A stretch of DNA of 64,000 nt from assembly GCA_038141355.1 (NCBI GenBank), contig JAYQHX010000002.1, positions 165,073-229,072 on the forward strand. The letters are read 5' to 3'. This document shows positions 30,819-40,492 of this stretch, in pieces. The translations under genes were made by a program, and so were the position numbers. The notes beneath the pieces were generated by a model. It saw nothing but the letters and a program-made list of their open reading frames with translations. It was not told the origin of the DNA and made no database searches. The number at the start of each line of letters is the position of its first letter. The stretch's first letter is position 1. This DNA is from Methanobacteriota archaeon. GTDB taxonomy: Archaea > Thermoplasmatota > Poseidoniia > Poseidoniales > Poseidoniaceae.

Positions 30819-31867
30819 CGTCTTCTGTTGTCATGGAACATCAAATCTCTAGATTTAGCCAATTCCATGACCTTGATTAGGAAATCATCCCTTGCTTCTC
30901 TCTCAACCTTACCGCTTGAGATATTCCAATAAATATTGCAGCCAACATCAATTGCATCTGGTCCAAGAGTGGACACTTTAGCAAAGGAATCTTCTTCCTT
31001 CATTGTCATTTCATGACCTTTGATTAACTTATCAACCTCCTCGCAAAATACTGATACTTTTGCTGGGTCTGAATTGATATCCAATTTGAAAATTGGTTGC
31101 CATCTTCTGAATCGTCTCTTGCCCCAATTTTCAACGGGCGTGTTTGTTAGATTAGCATTTGGCATCGTCACAATTGTGTCAAGACTTGTTCTGAGCAATG
31201 TAGTTCTTAATCCGATTTCGATTACTTCACCTTCGATTGAACCAATCGCCACCCAGTCTCCAACTTGGAATGGCCTATCCAACAATACAGTAGTAGCACC
31301 AAAGATGTTTGAAATCGTATCTTGAGCTGCCAATGCCAATGCTAAACCAGTGATTCCTAAACCAGCAACTAACGTAGTTAACTCAAAACCTAATGCATCA
31401 GCGATGAAGATTAGCCCGAAAATAACTATCAAAAATCGGATGATACTTTCTGCTGCCGAAATTACGGTTTTCTGAGATCCATCTAATTCCCCATCATCAT
31501 CAGTCCATAGTACGAAAGCGTGGATTACACCAACGAATCTAAAGGCAGTCACAACAATTGCGATTACTAAAATCAGTTGAAGAATAGACGATAACCAGTT
31601 CATATCCTCGATCAAGTAAAAACAAATCCAACAACCAATCGCAACACCAAGTGATTTTCCAGAGTCTACTAGTGCTTTTTTTGCTACTTCGCTAATTAAT
31701 TGAAGTTTTGAGAAAACACTTGGAACCAAGAAACTGCTGACAGTTCTGCAGATTAGTATGACAAAAATCGATACGAAAGTGACGATAATAGATTCTCCAC
31801 TTATGCCGTAAATTGATTTGTCATGGCCGGGTACCATTTCTATCCAGTTTTCCATATTGCATTGCAA
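30806..31867 (-). CDS. mscS: small-conductance mechanosensitive channel (MscS family)
   Basis: 353 aa with N-terminal TM helices, then the MscS core LLDRPFQVGDWVAIGSIEGEVIEIGLRTTLLRT…VTMPNANL. Confidence 0.85.
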   Translation of the reverse strand: MQCNMENWIEMVPGHDKSIYGISGESIIVTFVSIFVILICRTVSSFLVPSVFSKLQLISEVAKKALVDSGKSLGVAIGCWICFYLIEDMNWLSSILQLILVIAIVVTAFRFVGVIHAFVLWTDDDGELDGSQKTVISAAESIIRFLIVIFGLIFIADALGFELTTLVAGLGITGLALALAAQDTISNIFGATTVLLDRPFQVGDWVAIGSIEGEVIEIGLRTTLLRTSLDTIVTMPNANLTNTPVENWGKRRFRRWQPIFKLDINSDPAKVSVFCEEVDKLIKGHEMTMKEEDSFAKVSTLGPDAIDVGCNIYWNISSGKVEREARDDFLIKVMELAKSRDLMFHDNRRRHSS

Positions 31868-31954
31868 TTCTTGTTTAGTTTTGACATTTGCCTAATTTCA
31901 ATACCAGCCCCCTTCGGGGGCTACCCAAATTACACGACGCTTTCAAAAGGGGAT

Positions 31955-34189
31955 ATGATGTGGCCTCATGTGGTAGCCATGAAATTTCAATCCCGCAGAA
32001 TCTCGCTTGCGATATTACTTCTACCATTTATGCTGTCATTATTTGCACCTGCGGTAAGTTCAACATATACCTCAAATTTAGATGAAGAAGGTCTAGCACC
32101 TTGGGAGATTTGGGAAGGTATAGATGACGGACTGTACCTGACATGTGAAGAGTTGGAAGGTCAAACAAATTGTGAGTATGTATTCCCTTGGGGCGGCGAT
32201 GAAGCAATGCAGTTCAAGGAATACCACACATATGAAACAATGAAAGCAAGGATGATGAGACTTGCCCAAGATAACCCAGATATTTTTGAATTCCATGAAG
32301 GTTTGAATGGTGGACTAAATGCTCGAGGAGAGGAAACAACCGCAGATACCTATGAGGGTCACTACTATGGGTACTCTTCACCATGGTTGAAAATTACCAA
32401 AGACGTACAATACGGTGATTACAATGCATTCAATGGCGATAATGGAAATTATGCTGACCGCCCAGACATCATGATCGTAGGGAATCACCACGCAAGAGAA
32501 TGGATGAGTTATGAAACACCAATTCTGTTCATGGAAACAGTCGCATACTACTATGGTGGAGGCCCAGTTGATAATGACGGTGATGGGCAAATAGACGAAG
32601 ACCCGTGGGGTGACGCTGATGGCGATGGACAAGTCGACGACGATGGAGATTGTTTAGCACTTGCTCCAGAATATCAGGATTCCAATGGAGACGGCAAGGC
32701 ATGTAATCCAGGTGATTTTGGCGTTGACGAAGACTTTAGCGAAGTAGAACTAACCAATTTAATCGATAGCCGTGAAATCTATTTGATTCCAATGCTAAAT
32801 GTAGATGGTAATATCTACGATAGGGAAGTATTCTGCCCAGCTCCTGCATGGGAATCATGCCCAGGCGGCGGATGGAGAAAGAACCTAAGAAACAACGGTC
32901 CAGAACCTCTGCCAGACCCTAACGAACAAGTCGATGAGGACTGTGATGGTGTAGACCTTAACAGGAATTATCAATTTGAATGGGGATGGCCTCTTGGTGC
33001 AACTATACCACTTGTTCCAGGAACATGTACACCTGCAGAAGATGAAAGAGCAGGGATATCAAACAACGATGTATACACTGGTCCTTTTGATACTACAGAT
33101 AATGATGGAGACGGCCTCGTCAACGAAGACAATGTCGATGGAGAGGACGACGACAACGATGGTGTGAAAGACGAAGATTGGGCTGGAGGCAACTCAGAAC
33201 CAGAAACAAAATTCATACAGGATATGACCGAAATGAATGATGATGATGGAGATGGTGCATCCGATTACAAGGCTACCCTAACCTACCACTCCTACTCTGA
33301 ATTGGTGTTGTATCCGTGGGGTCACTGCACAGGTTGTCAAACACCTGACCATGACCAACTTGTTTATCACGGCGATCAAATGGCAGAAATGACAGATTAC
33401 ACAAATATGCAATCATCTGACCTGTATCCAACTACCGGAGATTTCTGTGATTGGCATTATGGTGTTCACGGTTCATATTGCTATACTATGGAGATAGGAA
33501 CCGCATTCCATCAACATGAGAATGATATCGACCACATTGCAGTAAGGAACAATGGAATTGCAATTTACATGATTAAAATCGCTGACAATCCAAGGGAAAG
33601 AGCAGATTTAGAAATGGAGAACATCGTCAAAAATCAGGTATTACAAAGCCCTGTAGATGTCGATATACCTACATCAGGAAACATTCCAATTGAAATGTGT
33701 CTGGATAACCGATTCAATATAGATCTCGACATGCACGATTCCCATGTAATGTATAGAATGGTAAAGCCAAGTAGGTCGCAATCAGATTACGGCCCGAGAG
33801 AATGGTTCTCAGAATCATGGTCGATGGCTAAATTCAGAGTTGTTGAAGGTTCAACCTGTGAATTATTGAATTCAAGTGGACTAGGCTACAAGGTAGTTGC
33901 AGATTTGCCAATTGAGGATGATGAAAATGGATATGTTCATTACAAAGCTATGGTGTCTACGCTTGGCGGCACTCAGAAAATCGAATATCCACCAACCTCA
34001 CAATATTTCGAAATGAAATTATCGTATAGAGCTCCATTTGGCAACTTCCTAGGCTCTGTAGCACTGTTTGCAGTAATAGCAACATTCGTCTGGGGTGGAC
34101 TAGGTGTTTGCCTCCGTATGATGATGGATGATGAGTTAGAGAAGGATGCAATTTTAGATGCTGAATTCGTTGAGGAGGGCTCTTCATGA
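31955..34189 (+). CDS. exported M14 zinc carboxypeptidase with Asp-rich Ca-binding insertions and C-terminal TM anchor
   Basis: Signal peptide MKFQSRRISLAILLLPFMLSLFAPAVSS. M14 blocks are VGNHHAREW (HxxE), PMLNVDG, WRKNLR, GVDLNRNY and TYHSYSELVLYPWGH. The insertions are DNDGDGQIDEDPWGDADGDGQVDDDGD and DNDGDGLVNEDNVDGEDDDNDG. The start could be 31955 or 31979. Confidence 0.85.
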   Translation: MMWPHVVAMKFQSRRISLAILLLPFMLSLFAPAVSSTYTSNLDEEGLAPWEIWEGIDDGLYLTCEELEGQTNCEYVFPWGGDEAMQFKEYHTYETMKARMMRLAQDNPDIFEFHEGLNGGLNARGEETTADTYEGHYYGYSSPWLKITKDVQYGDYNAFNGDNGNYADRPDIMIVGNHHAREWMSYETPILFMETVAYYYGGGPVDNDGDGQIDEDPWGDADGDGQVDDDGDCLALAPEYQDSNGDGKACNPGDFGVDEDFSEVELTNLIDSREIYLIPMLNVDGNIYDREVFCPAPAWESCPGGGWRKNLRNNGPEPLPDPNEQVDEDCDGVDLNRNYQFEWGWPLGATIPLVPGTCTPAEDERAGISNNDVYTGPFDTTDNDGDGLVNEDNVDGEDDDNDGVKDEDWAGGNSEPETKFIQDMTEMNDDDGDGASDYKATLTYHSYSELVLYPWGHCTGCQTPDHDQLVYHGDQMAEMTDYTNMQSSDLYPTTGDFCDWHYGVHGSYCYTMEIGTAFHQHENDIDHIAVRNNGIAIYMIKIADNPRERADLEMENIVKNQVLQSPVDVDIPTSGNIPIEMCLDNRFNIDLDMHDSHVMYRMVKPSRSQSDYGPREWFSESWSMAKFRVVEGSTCELLNSSGLGYKVVADLPIEDDENGYVHYKAMVSTLGGTQKIEYPPTSQYFEMKLSYRAPFGNFLGSVALFAVIATFVWGGLGVCLRMMMDDELEKDAILDAEFVEEGSS

Positions 34190-35877
34190 GCCAGCAATCT
34201 GATGAATTCAGTGGCAGGATGGGGCTCATCTTCGCTGCTATCGGTGCTGCTATTGGTACTGGAAACATTTGGCGATTTCCTAGAATGGTCGGTGCAAATG
34301 ATGGAGGAACATTTCTAATTCCTTGGCTGTTTTTCCTATTCGCATGGTCGATTCCGTTAGTGATTGCAGAATTTGCTTTAGGTAAGAGAAGTAGGACTGG
34401 TACGATAGGGACATTCAGAATTTTTGCGGGTAAGAATTTCGCATGGATGGGGCTATGGACTGCTTGGATCTCAACTGCTATCGGTTTCTATTATGCTGTA
34501 GTAGCAGGATGGTGTTTGAAATATTTCCAGTTAGGTATAACAAATGGATTGGTTGGAGAAAATGTCGATACTCAGCTAGTTTGGAACGAATTCCTTCAAT
34601 CCCCTGGGTCGGTTATTTTCTTCCAATTTTTGGTAATTGCAATAACCTTGCTAGCAATTTGGAAGGGTGCTAAGGCAATCGAAAAAGTGAATGTAATTTT
34701 GATGGTATCTCTATTCATCTTACTATTCATGTCTCTTGGTTTGTCATTGATGATGGACCTTGAGGATGGTTCTTTGGACGGTTTCTTGTTCATGTTTACA
34801 GTGAATTGGTCTTCACTAAGTGAACCCTCGATTTGGATAAATGGGTTATCCCAATCCGCATGGTCATGTTCTGCTGGAATGGGAATGGCAATTACGTACT
34901 CAGTCTACATGAGGAAGGATGAGGACACCACACTTAATGCATTTACAATGGGATTGGCAAATAATTCAATTTCAATTATTGCAGGATTGACTGTATTATC
35001 GGCTATATTTGCTGTATCTGATAACCCTCTCGACACTGTCACAGGAGGTTCTTCTGCAATCACATTCCTTGCTTTACCTGAAGTGTTCGCTCAAGCACCA
35101 GGCGGAGGAATCGGTGCATGGGTAATGATGAGCGGGTTCTTCTTAGCATTGTCTTTTGCAGCGCTTACATCGATGATTTCAACTGTTGAGTTGTGTGTTA
35201 GAAACTTCGTTGACCATGGATATGAAAGAGAAAAATCTGTACTTTTTACCTCGATTGCGATATTCATATTTGGTATTCCTTCAGCATTGATTTGGATTTC
35301 TATTGCTCCAGATGGAACAGCCTTCCCGCAATTTTTGGAGGTTCAAGACCACATTTGGGGATACGGGTTAATGTTTAGCGGTTTATTCATCGCTTTTACA
35401 ATCTGGAAATATGGATATGTGAAATGGCGTACAGAAGTCGAAGCAGGAAGAGCAGCACCAGGATTACAAGGATACCTAGGAATCGGTGTTTCTGCATTCC
35501 GTGACGATTTCATCAACACCGGTGACAACGATATCTGGATTGGTAGATGGTGGGACGTATTGCTTTACCTTGCATTCCCATTCTTGTTCTCCGTGCTAAT
35601 GATATCCTACTTTGGGGATATGATTGCTAACACAGAAAACGTGTGGGACCCGACCAATCCGTATGGTCTGACAATTATTCTTCTGTTCTGGGGAGTAGTA
35701 GCCATCAGTTTCATCATCTTCAACAAGAAACTGGTTCAAAGACCATTATTCAGAAACGTGCCAGAAGGAGCAGAAGTTGACATTTCTATGCTTCCAGGTG
35801 GCGATGATGACCTTGTTGTAATCGTTGGAGATTATCCAGAAGGCTGGGAACACCTATCTGAAATCAGCCAATCATAG
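34186..35877 (+). CDS. neurotransmitter:sodium symporter (NSS/SNF) family transporter
   Basis: 563 aa with the signature IGTGNIWRFP and about 12 TM helices. Its start overlaps the carboxypeptidase stop (ATGA). Confidence 0.9.
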   Translation: MSQQSDEFSGRMGLIFAAIGAAIGTGNIWRFPRMVGANDGGTFLIPWLFFLFAWSIPLVIAEFALGKRSRTGTIGTFRIFAGKNFAWMGLWTAWISTAIGFYYAVVAGWCLKYFQLGITNGLVGENVDTQLVWNEFLQSPGSVIFFQFLVIAITLLAIWKGAKAIEKVNVILMVSLFILLFMSLGLSLMMDLEDGSLDGFLFMFTVNWSSLSEPSIWINGLSQSAWSCSAGMGMAITYSVYMRKDEDTTLNAFTMGLANNSISIIAGLTVLSAIFAVSDNPLDTVTGGSSAITFLALPEVFAQAPGGGIGAWVMMSGFFLALSFAALTSMISTVELCVRNFVDHGYEREKSVLFTSIAIFIFGIPSALIWISIAPDGTAFPQFLEVQDHIWGYGLMFSGLFIAFTIWKYGYVKWRTEVEAGRAAPGLQGYLGIGVSAFRDDFINTGDNDIWIGRWWDVLLYLAFPFLFSVLMISYFGDMIANTENVWDPTNPYGLTIILLFWGVVAISFIIFNKKLVQRPLFRNVPEGAEVDISMLPGGDDDLVVIVGDYPEGWEHLSEISQS

Positions 35878-35885
35878 GTGATTGC

Positions 35886-36593
35886 ATGGAATTCAACCTA
35901 TTCCAATGGATAGGAATAGGATTAACCATAGCGATAATTCTGATACCGATAGTCAGATGGTTTTGGAAGCGATTCGACTCACCAAGCAAACGCACTCAAG
36001 AACTGATGAAACAATCCAAGGAAGAGGCTGCTGAAGCAAGGATGTGGCAATCGATTGAAGCTCAAGTTGAAGCCGAACAAGCAAGGGTCAGAGAAATAGA
36101 AATGAAGCGTAAAGAGAACCAAGATAAATCGGGTAGATCGCTCAGTGAAGGGGAATCTGAAACCGCTTGGGCTGCTTTAGGAATAGATGTTCCTATGAAC
36201 CCAGTAGAGAGGGAGCTACCTCCAAAAATTGAAACTCAGGAAAAGCAATATGAAGAGCCTAGTATTCTACTTACTCAACCAGAACCACAGAAAAACACCC
36301 AGGCTCCAGATTGGGAATTGGTTGCCAAATTAGCTAATCTGAATCAGCCTATTGAAGGTGTGCCAGAAGCCATTGATTTAGATGCAATTCATGAAGAGTC
36401 TGACACAGATTCAGACGAAACTCCAACTGAGGAGCCTATTCTATCTCAAGAATTAGCAGAAAAAGATGGACTCTCATCAGAGGAAGAAGTAATCTCCACA
36501 GATGTAGAAGAAATTATCGAGGAAGAAAATCAGTTTTCAGGTAGATTCGAATCCACACAATTAGATAATGATGATTGGGCAGTAGGTTGGTAA
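35886..36593 (+). CDS. hypothetical single-pass membrane protein with acidic tail
   Basis: 235 aa with an N-terminal TM helix followed by a charged, low-complexity region. It lies 8 nt after the NSS gene. Confidence 0.45.
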   Translation: MEFNLFQWIGIGLTIAIILIPIVRWFWKRFDSPSKRTQELMKQSKEEAAEARMWQSIEAQVEAEQARVREIEMKRKENQDKSGRSLSEGESETAWAALGIDVPMNPVERELPPKIETQEKQYEEPSILLTQPEPQKNTQAPDWELVAKLANLNQPIEGVPEAIDLDAIHEESDTDSDETPTEEPILSQELAEKDGLSSEEEVISTDVEEIIEEENQFSGRFESTQLDNDDWAVGW

Positions 36594-36653
36594 TTGCCCA
36601 AATTGATGTAATAATTTCCGTTTAAGTGAAATGGTTGAAGTATTCCCAGTATT

Positions 36654-37976
36654 TTGATGGTGCAGCGGCCGAGGGGTACAAGGGACTTCACTCCCGACAT
36701 AATGAACCGGCGTTTAGCATTTGAAAATCTTCTAGAAAAGCAATCAAAATTACATGGTTTCAAGAGAGTACAAACCCCTATTTTCGAATCTCTAGATTTG
36801 TTTACAGCAAAATCTGGTCCTGGTGTAATCAAACAACTGTATGCTTTCCAAGATAAATCAGATAGGGCGCTTACATTACGTCCAGAATTGACCGCACCTG
36901 TTATGAGAATGATTAGCGAAGAAATGCGCGCATCACCTAAACCACTCCGTCTTTCTTACTTTGGTCAGTGTTTTAGATATGAGGAATCGAAGAAAGGAAG
37001 ATACAGAGAATTCTTCCAATACGGTGTTGAACTAATTGGCGCAAGTGGGCCAATTGCTGAAGCAGAAGTCGTGGCTTTAGCAATCGATATGTTAGATGCT
37101 TCAGGATTGGTTGATTGGGAATTGAGAATCGGCCATGTAGGAATTTTGAGAGATATTTTGACAGGTCTTGGCCTTTCAGAGGAAGGCACACCAGAACCTC
37201 CGGTTGCCTCTGCAATGAGATTCTTAGACAAAGGTGATTGGGAAGGGTTAAGCCAATTATTTGCTTCTAATTCTATTGATTCAGCACACGTTGAAAGTTT
37301 GAGAAAACTTTCAGATTTAGACGGCGGCCTAGAAACAATAGATTCCGCAAAAACAATTCTAGATTCAATAGGAATATCTCACGAATCGATTGATGAACTT
37401 CAAACTCTAATTCAATCTCTTGAATTATTGGCTCCAATTCCTCCATCATTGAAACTGAATCTATGTGTTGCCAGAGGCTTGGATTACTACACAGGAATGG
37501 TTTTCGAAGTCAACGTTGAGGAACTTGGTGGAGAAGGGCAAGTCCTTGGTGGAGGTTCCTATCGCTTATTGCATCTATTTGGAATGGAAGAATTAGATCC
37601 ATCCTGCGGATTTGGTTTAGGATTTGATAGAGTTCTGTTAGCATTGGAAGCTCAAGCAGAAAGATTGGGAAGGGCAGAGGTGGTCCCAGGTGAAAGACCG
37701 GACGAATCTACACTTGTTTTACCATTCAATATTCCAGCCGAGTCAGTAATGAAATTGGTTAAGGATTTGCGAGATAAAGGGAAGTCAATCGAATTAGACC
37801 TGAGAGGTAAAAATATTGGGAAAACGCTAGATTGGGCTTCAAAAAATGGCTTCTCGAACGTAATAATCGTCGGACCAAGTGATTTAGAATCAGGTCAATG
37901 TAGTATCAAGAACCTCAATACTGGAGACCAACAAACAGTAAATCTAGAATCAGTGGAAATCTCAAACTTCCTCTGA
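36654..37976 (+). CDS. hisS: histidine--tRNA ligase
   Basis: RGTRDF, YFGQCFRYE (motif 2 region), GGGSYRLL and GFGLGFDRV, plus a C-terminal anticodon-binding domain. Confidence 0.93.
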   Translation: MMVQRPRGTRDFTPDIMNRRLAFENLLEKQSKLHGFKRVQTPIFESLDLFTAKSGPGVIKQLYAFQDKSDRALTLRPELTAPVMRMISEEMRASPKPLRLSYFGQCFRYEESKKGRYREFFQYGVELIGASGPIAEAEVVALAIDMLDASGLVDWELRIGHVGILRDILTGLGLSEEGTPEPPVASAMRFLDKGDWEGLSQLFASNSIDSAHVESLRKLSDLDGGLETIDSAKTILDSIGISHESIDELQTLIQSLELLAPIPPSLKLNLCVARGLDYYTGMVFEVNVEELGGEGQVLGGGSYRLLHLFGMEELDPSCGFGLGFDRVLLALEAQAERLGRAEVVPGERPDESTLVLPFNIPAESVMKLVKDLRDKGKSIELDLRGKNIGKTLDWASKNGFSNVIIVGPSDLESGQCSIKNLNTGDQQTVNLESVEISNFL

Positions 37977-38841
37977 ATCTTTTCTGGTAGGCAAGTAGAC
38001 TGCAGCCATTGCCATTGTAGCAACCGCTGTTAGGAATAGAAAACCTGGTTGTTCTTCAGCCATTGGCATTTCCTCATCACCGGCTTGGAATTCAGAACTC
38101 CAAGAACTAGGGTCGATTGGAAGTTCCACTCTTGTGTCTCCATCTCCCGATAGTTTCATTGAAAATTTGCGATCTTCCGCTAACAGATGAGGTTTGATTG
38201 TCTGTCACCCTTCACTTTCATTTGAATTTGGATTGAAGGGTTTGATGTCGACGCATCCCAAAGCGTTTGCCCTTCTTCAATTCTGTGAGTTATTGTAATT
38301 GGATTCCAACCTTCTGAAACTTGAGGGACATGCTGTCTCTTAATTGCAGTAGCACCAGCCCACAATGTTACGTTCAATTCATCGCAATCATTTGTGCAAG
38401 GCCCTGATTATCGTTATTTTTCCAGTCTCCTTGTAAGTAAATATTCAAGACAATTCTAACTTCTCCATCAAGTGTCATGTTCAATCTCTTGTTCATTTGA
38501 GGATTCATTGAAAATCGTTGGTCGATGTTAATTACTCCTTGATTTTTTTCTTGGCTGTACATGTTGTCTCCAGCATTATTTTCCTCTGTGGCGTTGAAGT
38601 GAGACCAGAAGGTTGACTGTCCATTTGACCACAGATACAGAACAGTTTGGTTTTCACATGGTTGTTTTGGATCTTCCATACACGGGTCCATTACTTCTTC
38701 TTGCTGAGCGACTATTGTCGCTCCACCTGTGACAGGTGCAGAAATCAAAAATGCAAGCAAAACCGCTAGTATTGCCCTACCTCGCATGTTTATCCCACAC
38801 ATGGTCAAGGATTTGGAGGTTTTGAATAAAATTCCAATCAA
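37962..38841 (-). pseudogene. exported protein with PGF-CTERM-like anchor, split into three frames
   Basis: Three head-to-tail ORFs in three different frames: 38374..38841, 38180..38377 and 37962..38159. The first has a signal peptide (RGRAILAVLLAFLISAPVTG). The last ends EEQPGFLFLTAVATMAMAAVYLPTRKD, i.e. PGF, then a TM helix, then basic residues. The frames reopen exactly at the junctions. Confidence 0.5.
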
Positions 38842-39998
38842 TCGAATCTTTGGAATCCTACTGAACCGCTTTTCTGAACTTTACTTCTAGTAAGTCTCAA
38901 CATGTCTCCGAGCTGGTCTGGAGCAATGCTTCCACTTTGGATTTCTTGACCGCCAACCCCGGTAATAATCGCCATGACTTTGATGGTGTCGCCAAACGCC
39001 GGATCTTGTCTTGCTCCCCAAATCACGTTTGCTTCATCACTAACGTTTCCAGTCATCATATCAACGACCTGTGATGCATTCTCAAGCGTCATGTATTTGC
39101 CGCCAGTCACGTGAATTAAGACACCGGTAGCACCTGAAATATCGACATCAAGGAGTGGATGATTTAGTGCTTCGTGAACAACTTCTTCTGGACCCTTGTC
39201 GCTTTCTCCGTAGAGCATCATTGTAACTCCACCATTTGCCATGATGGCTTTGACATCAGCGAAATCAAGGTTGATTAGTGAAGGTAGCGTAATCGTTTCT
39301 ACAATTCCTTTGACAATTTCTGCGACCAATTGGTCCATGATTGAGAACGCCTCATCAAGAGGAAGGTTTGGAGCGAAGTGTAGAAGTCTATTGTTATCCA
39401 AAACAAGAACAGCATCGGCAACCTGTCTCAGGCTTTCCAATCCCTCAAGTGCTCTATTCATTCTCTGCCTTCTTTCAACATGGAATGGAGTAGTCACTAT
39501 TCCAACAACTAGTGCTCCTGCCTTCTTTGCTTCTTCAGCAACAATAGGACAGATTCCGGTTCCTGAACCTCCACCGAGTCCACTAGCAATGAATACTAAA
39601 TCTGCACCACTTACGATTCTCTGAATCATCTCTCTTCCGGCTTCAGCACAGCGTCTTCCCATGTTTGGGTCTCCGCCAGCACCAAGCCCTCTTGTGATAT
39701 GCCTTCCAACCAGTAACTTTTGCAGTGCTCTGGTATGGTCTAGATGTTGTTTATCGGTGTTAATCGCAACGGTTACCGCACCTTCTACTCCGAGGTGTGT
39801 GATTCGATTTAGAGTGTTATTTCCGGACCCTCCACAGCCCACAATTAGAATTCGAGGATTAGGAACACCAAACGATCCTAACTCATCGTCCAGTAGCGTA
39901 GTCGAGCCTTTACCCATTGCTTCTGCTGCTAGAGAAGCAACCATATCATCGAGAGATTTGTCTCCTGTTCTCATATTATGCGTACCCTCGGGTCCCAT
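38838..39998 (-). CDS. ftsZ: cell division GTPase FtsZ
   Basis: [23 protein letters not shown], the tubulin signature [11 protein letters not shown] and T7-loop NLDFADV. Confidence 0.93.
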   Translation of the reverse strand: MGPEGTHNMRTGDKSLDDMVASLAAEAMGKGSTTLLDDELGSFGVPNPRILIVGCGGSGNNTLNRITHLGVEGAVTVAINTDKQHLDHTRALQKLLVGRHITRGLGAGGDPNMGRRCAEAGREMIQRIVSGADLVFIASGLGGGSGTGICPIVAEEAKKAGALVVGIVTTPFHVERRQRMNRALEGLESLRQVADAVLVLDNNRLLHFAPNLPLDEAFSIMDQLVAEIVKGIVETITLPSLINLDFADVKAIMANGGVTMMLYGESDKGPEEVVHEALNHPLLDVDISGATGVLIHVTGGKYMTLENASQVVDMMTGNVSDEANVIWGARQDPAFGDTIKVMAIITGVGGQEIQSGSIAPDQLGDMLRLTRSKVQKSGSVGFQRFD

Positions 39999-40116
39999 CC
40001 CATACGCCTCCTGATTTCAAAGGCTGTTCATTTCACTATTAACCGTGATGCTCGCGAAGGCTGGTCGCGAGCCAATTTTCCGACCATTTTTCACCATTCA
40101 TTTTGTTTTGAGAGAA

Positions 40117-40125
40117 TTGATATAC
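40117..40125 (+). promoter_or_regulatory. TATA-like box upstream of tRNA-Tyr
   Basis: TTGATATAC is centred about 27 nt upstream of the tRNA 5' end at 40148, the usual archaeal TATA spacing. Confidence 0.4.
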
Positions 40126-40147
40126 ACGGGGCATCTCGCCAAGGCTG

Positions 40148-40252
40148 CCTCGCTTAGCTCAGTTGGTAGAGCACCTGGCTGTAGTTGGAAAAAAACCAAA
40201 CGTCTCAGCAGACACCAGGGTGTCCCCAGTTCAAGTCTGGGAGCGGGGACCA
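40148..40252 (+). tRNA. tRNA-Tyr (anticodon GUA) with a 29-nt intron at 37/38 and encoded CCA
   Basis: Acceptor CCTCGCT/AGCGGGG with C1:G72, D-arm GCTC-AGTTGGTA-GAGC, anticodon stem CCTGG/CCAGG, loop CTGTAG[intron 40185-40213]A, T-arm CCCAG-TTCAAGT-CTGGG, discriminator A and CCA at 40250-40252. Confidence 0.88.
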
Positions 40253-40492
40253 CTTATTAATATGAAAAAGTCGAACTCTAATCGAGGGTTTTATGTCTGA
40301 CGCTGCCCCAAACATGGATTCAAGAATACTACCCTGGTTTGTCCCTGCGGATACAGTGAAATAGCAACCTTGATTTGTGAAAGATTCATAATTTTCAATT
40401 AATTCTTCCATCAGTCTATCTACAATTCTCAACGATTCAGGACATTCATCTTCAATTTTTCGCATCATATTGATGATTTCATCCCAAGACAA
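40205..40492 (-). CDS. hypothetical ORF whose 3' end runs antisense into tRNA-Tyr (doubtful, or a remnant)
   Basis: 95-aa ORF. Its last 16 codons are simply the antisense of the tRNA 3' half. An upstream ORF (ATG near 40600, MPIETAKSELIELFGKENIDTFF…) may be its frame-shifted N-terminus. Confidence 0.25.
   Translation of the reverse strand: MSWDEIINMMRKIEDECPESLRIVDRLMEELIENYESFTNQGCYFTVSAGTNQGSILESMFGAASDIKPSIRVRLFHINKWSPLPDLNWGHPGVC

Noticed and set aside
40051-40071. Perfect 7-bp hairpin CTCGCGA-AGGCTGG-TCGCGAG followed by a T-rich stretch, considered as a terminator or riboregulator
   Set aside because: It sits between the divergent ftsZ start and the tRNA-Tyr promoter, with no upstream gene to terminate on either strand. 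Its function cannot be inferred from sequence alone.
40045-40260. 71-aa + strand ORF
   Set aside because: It is made up largely of the tRNA-Tyr gene and its promoter region, so it is not coding.
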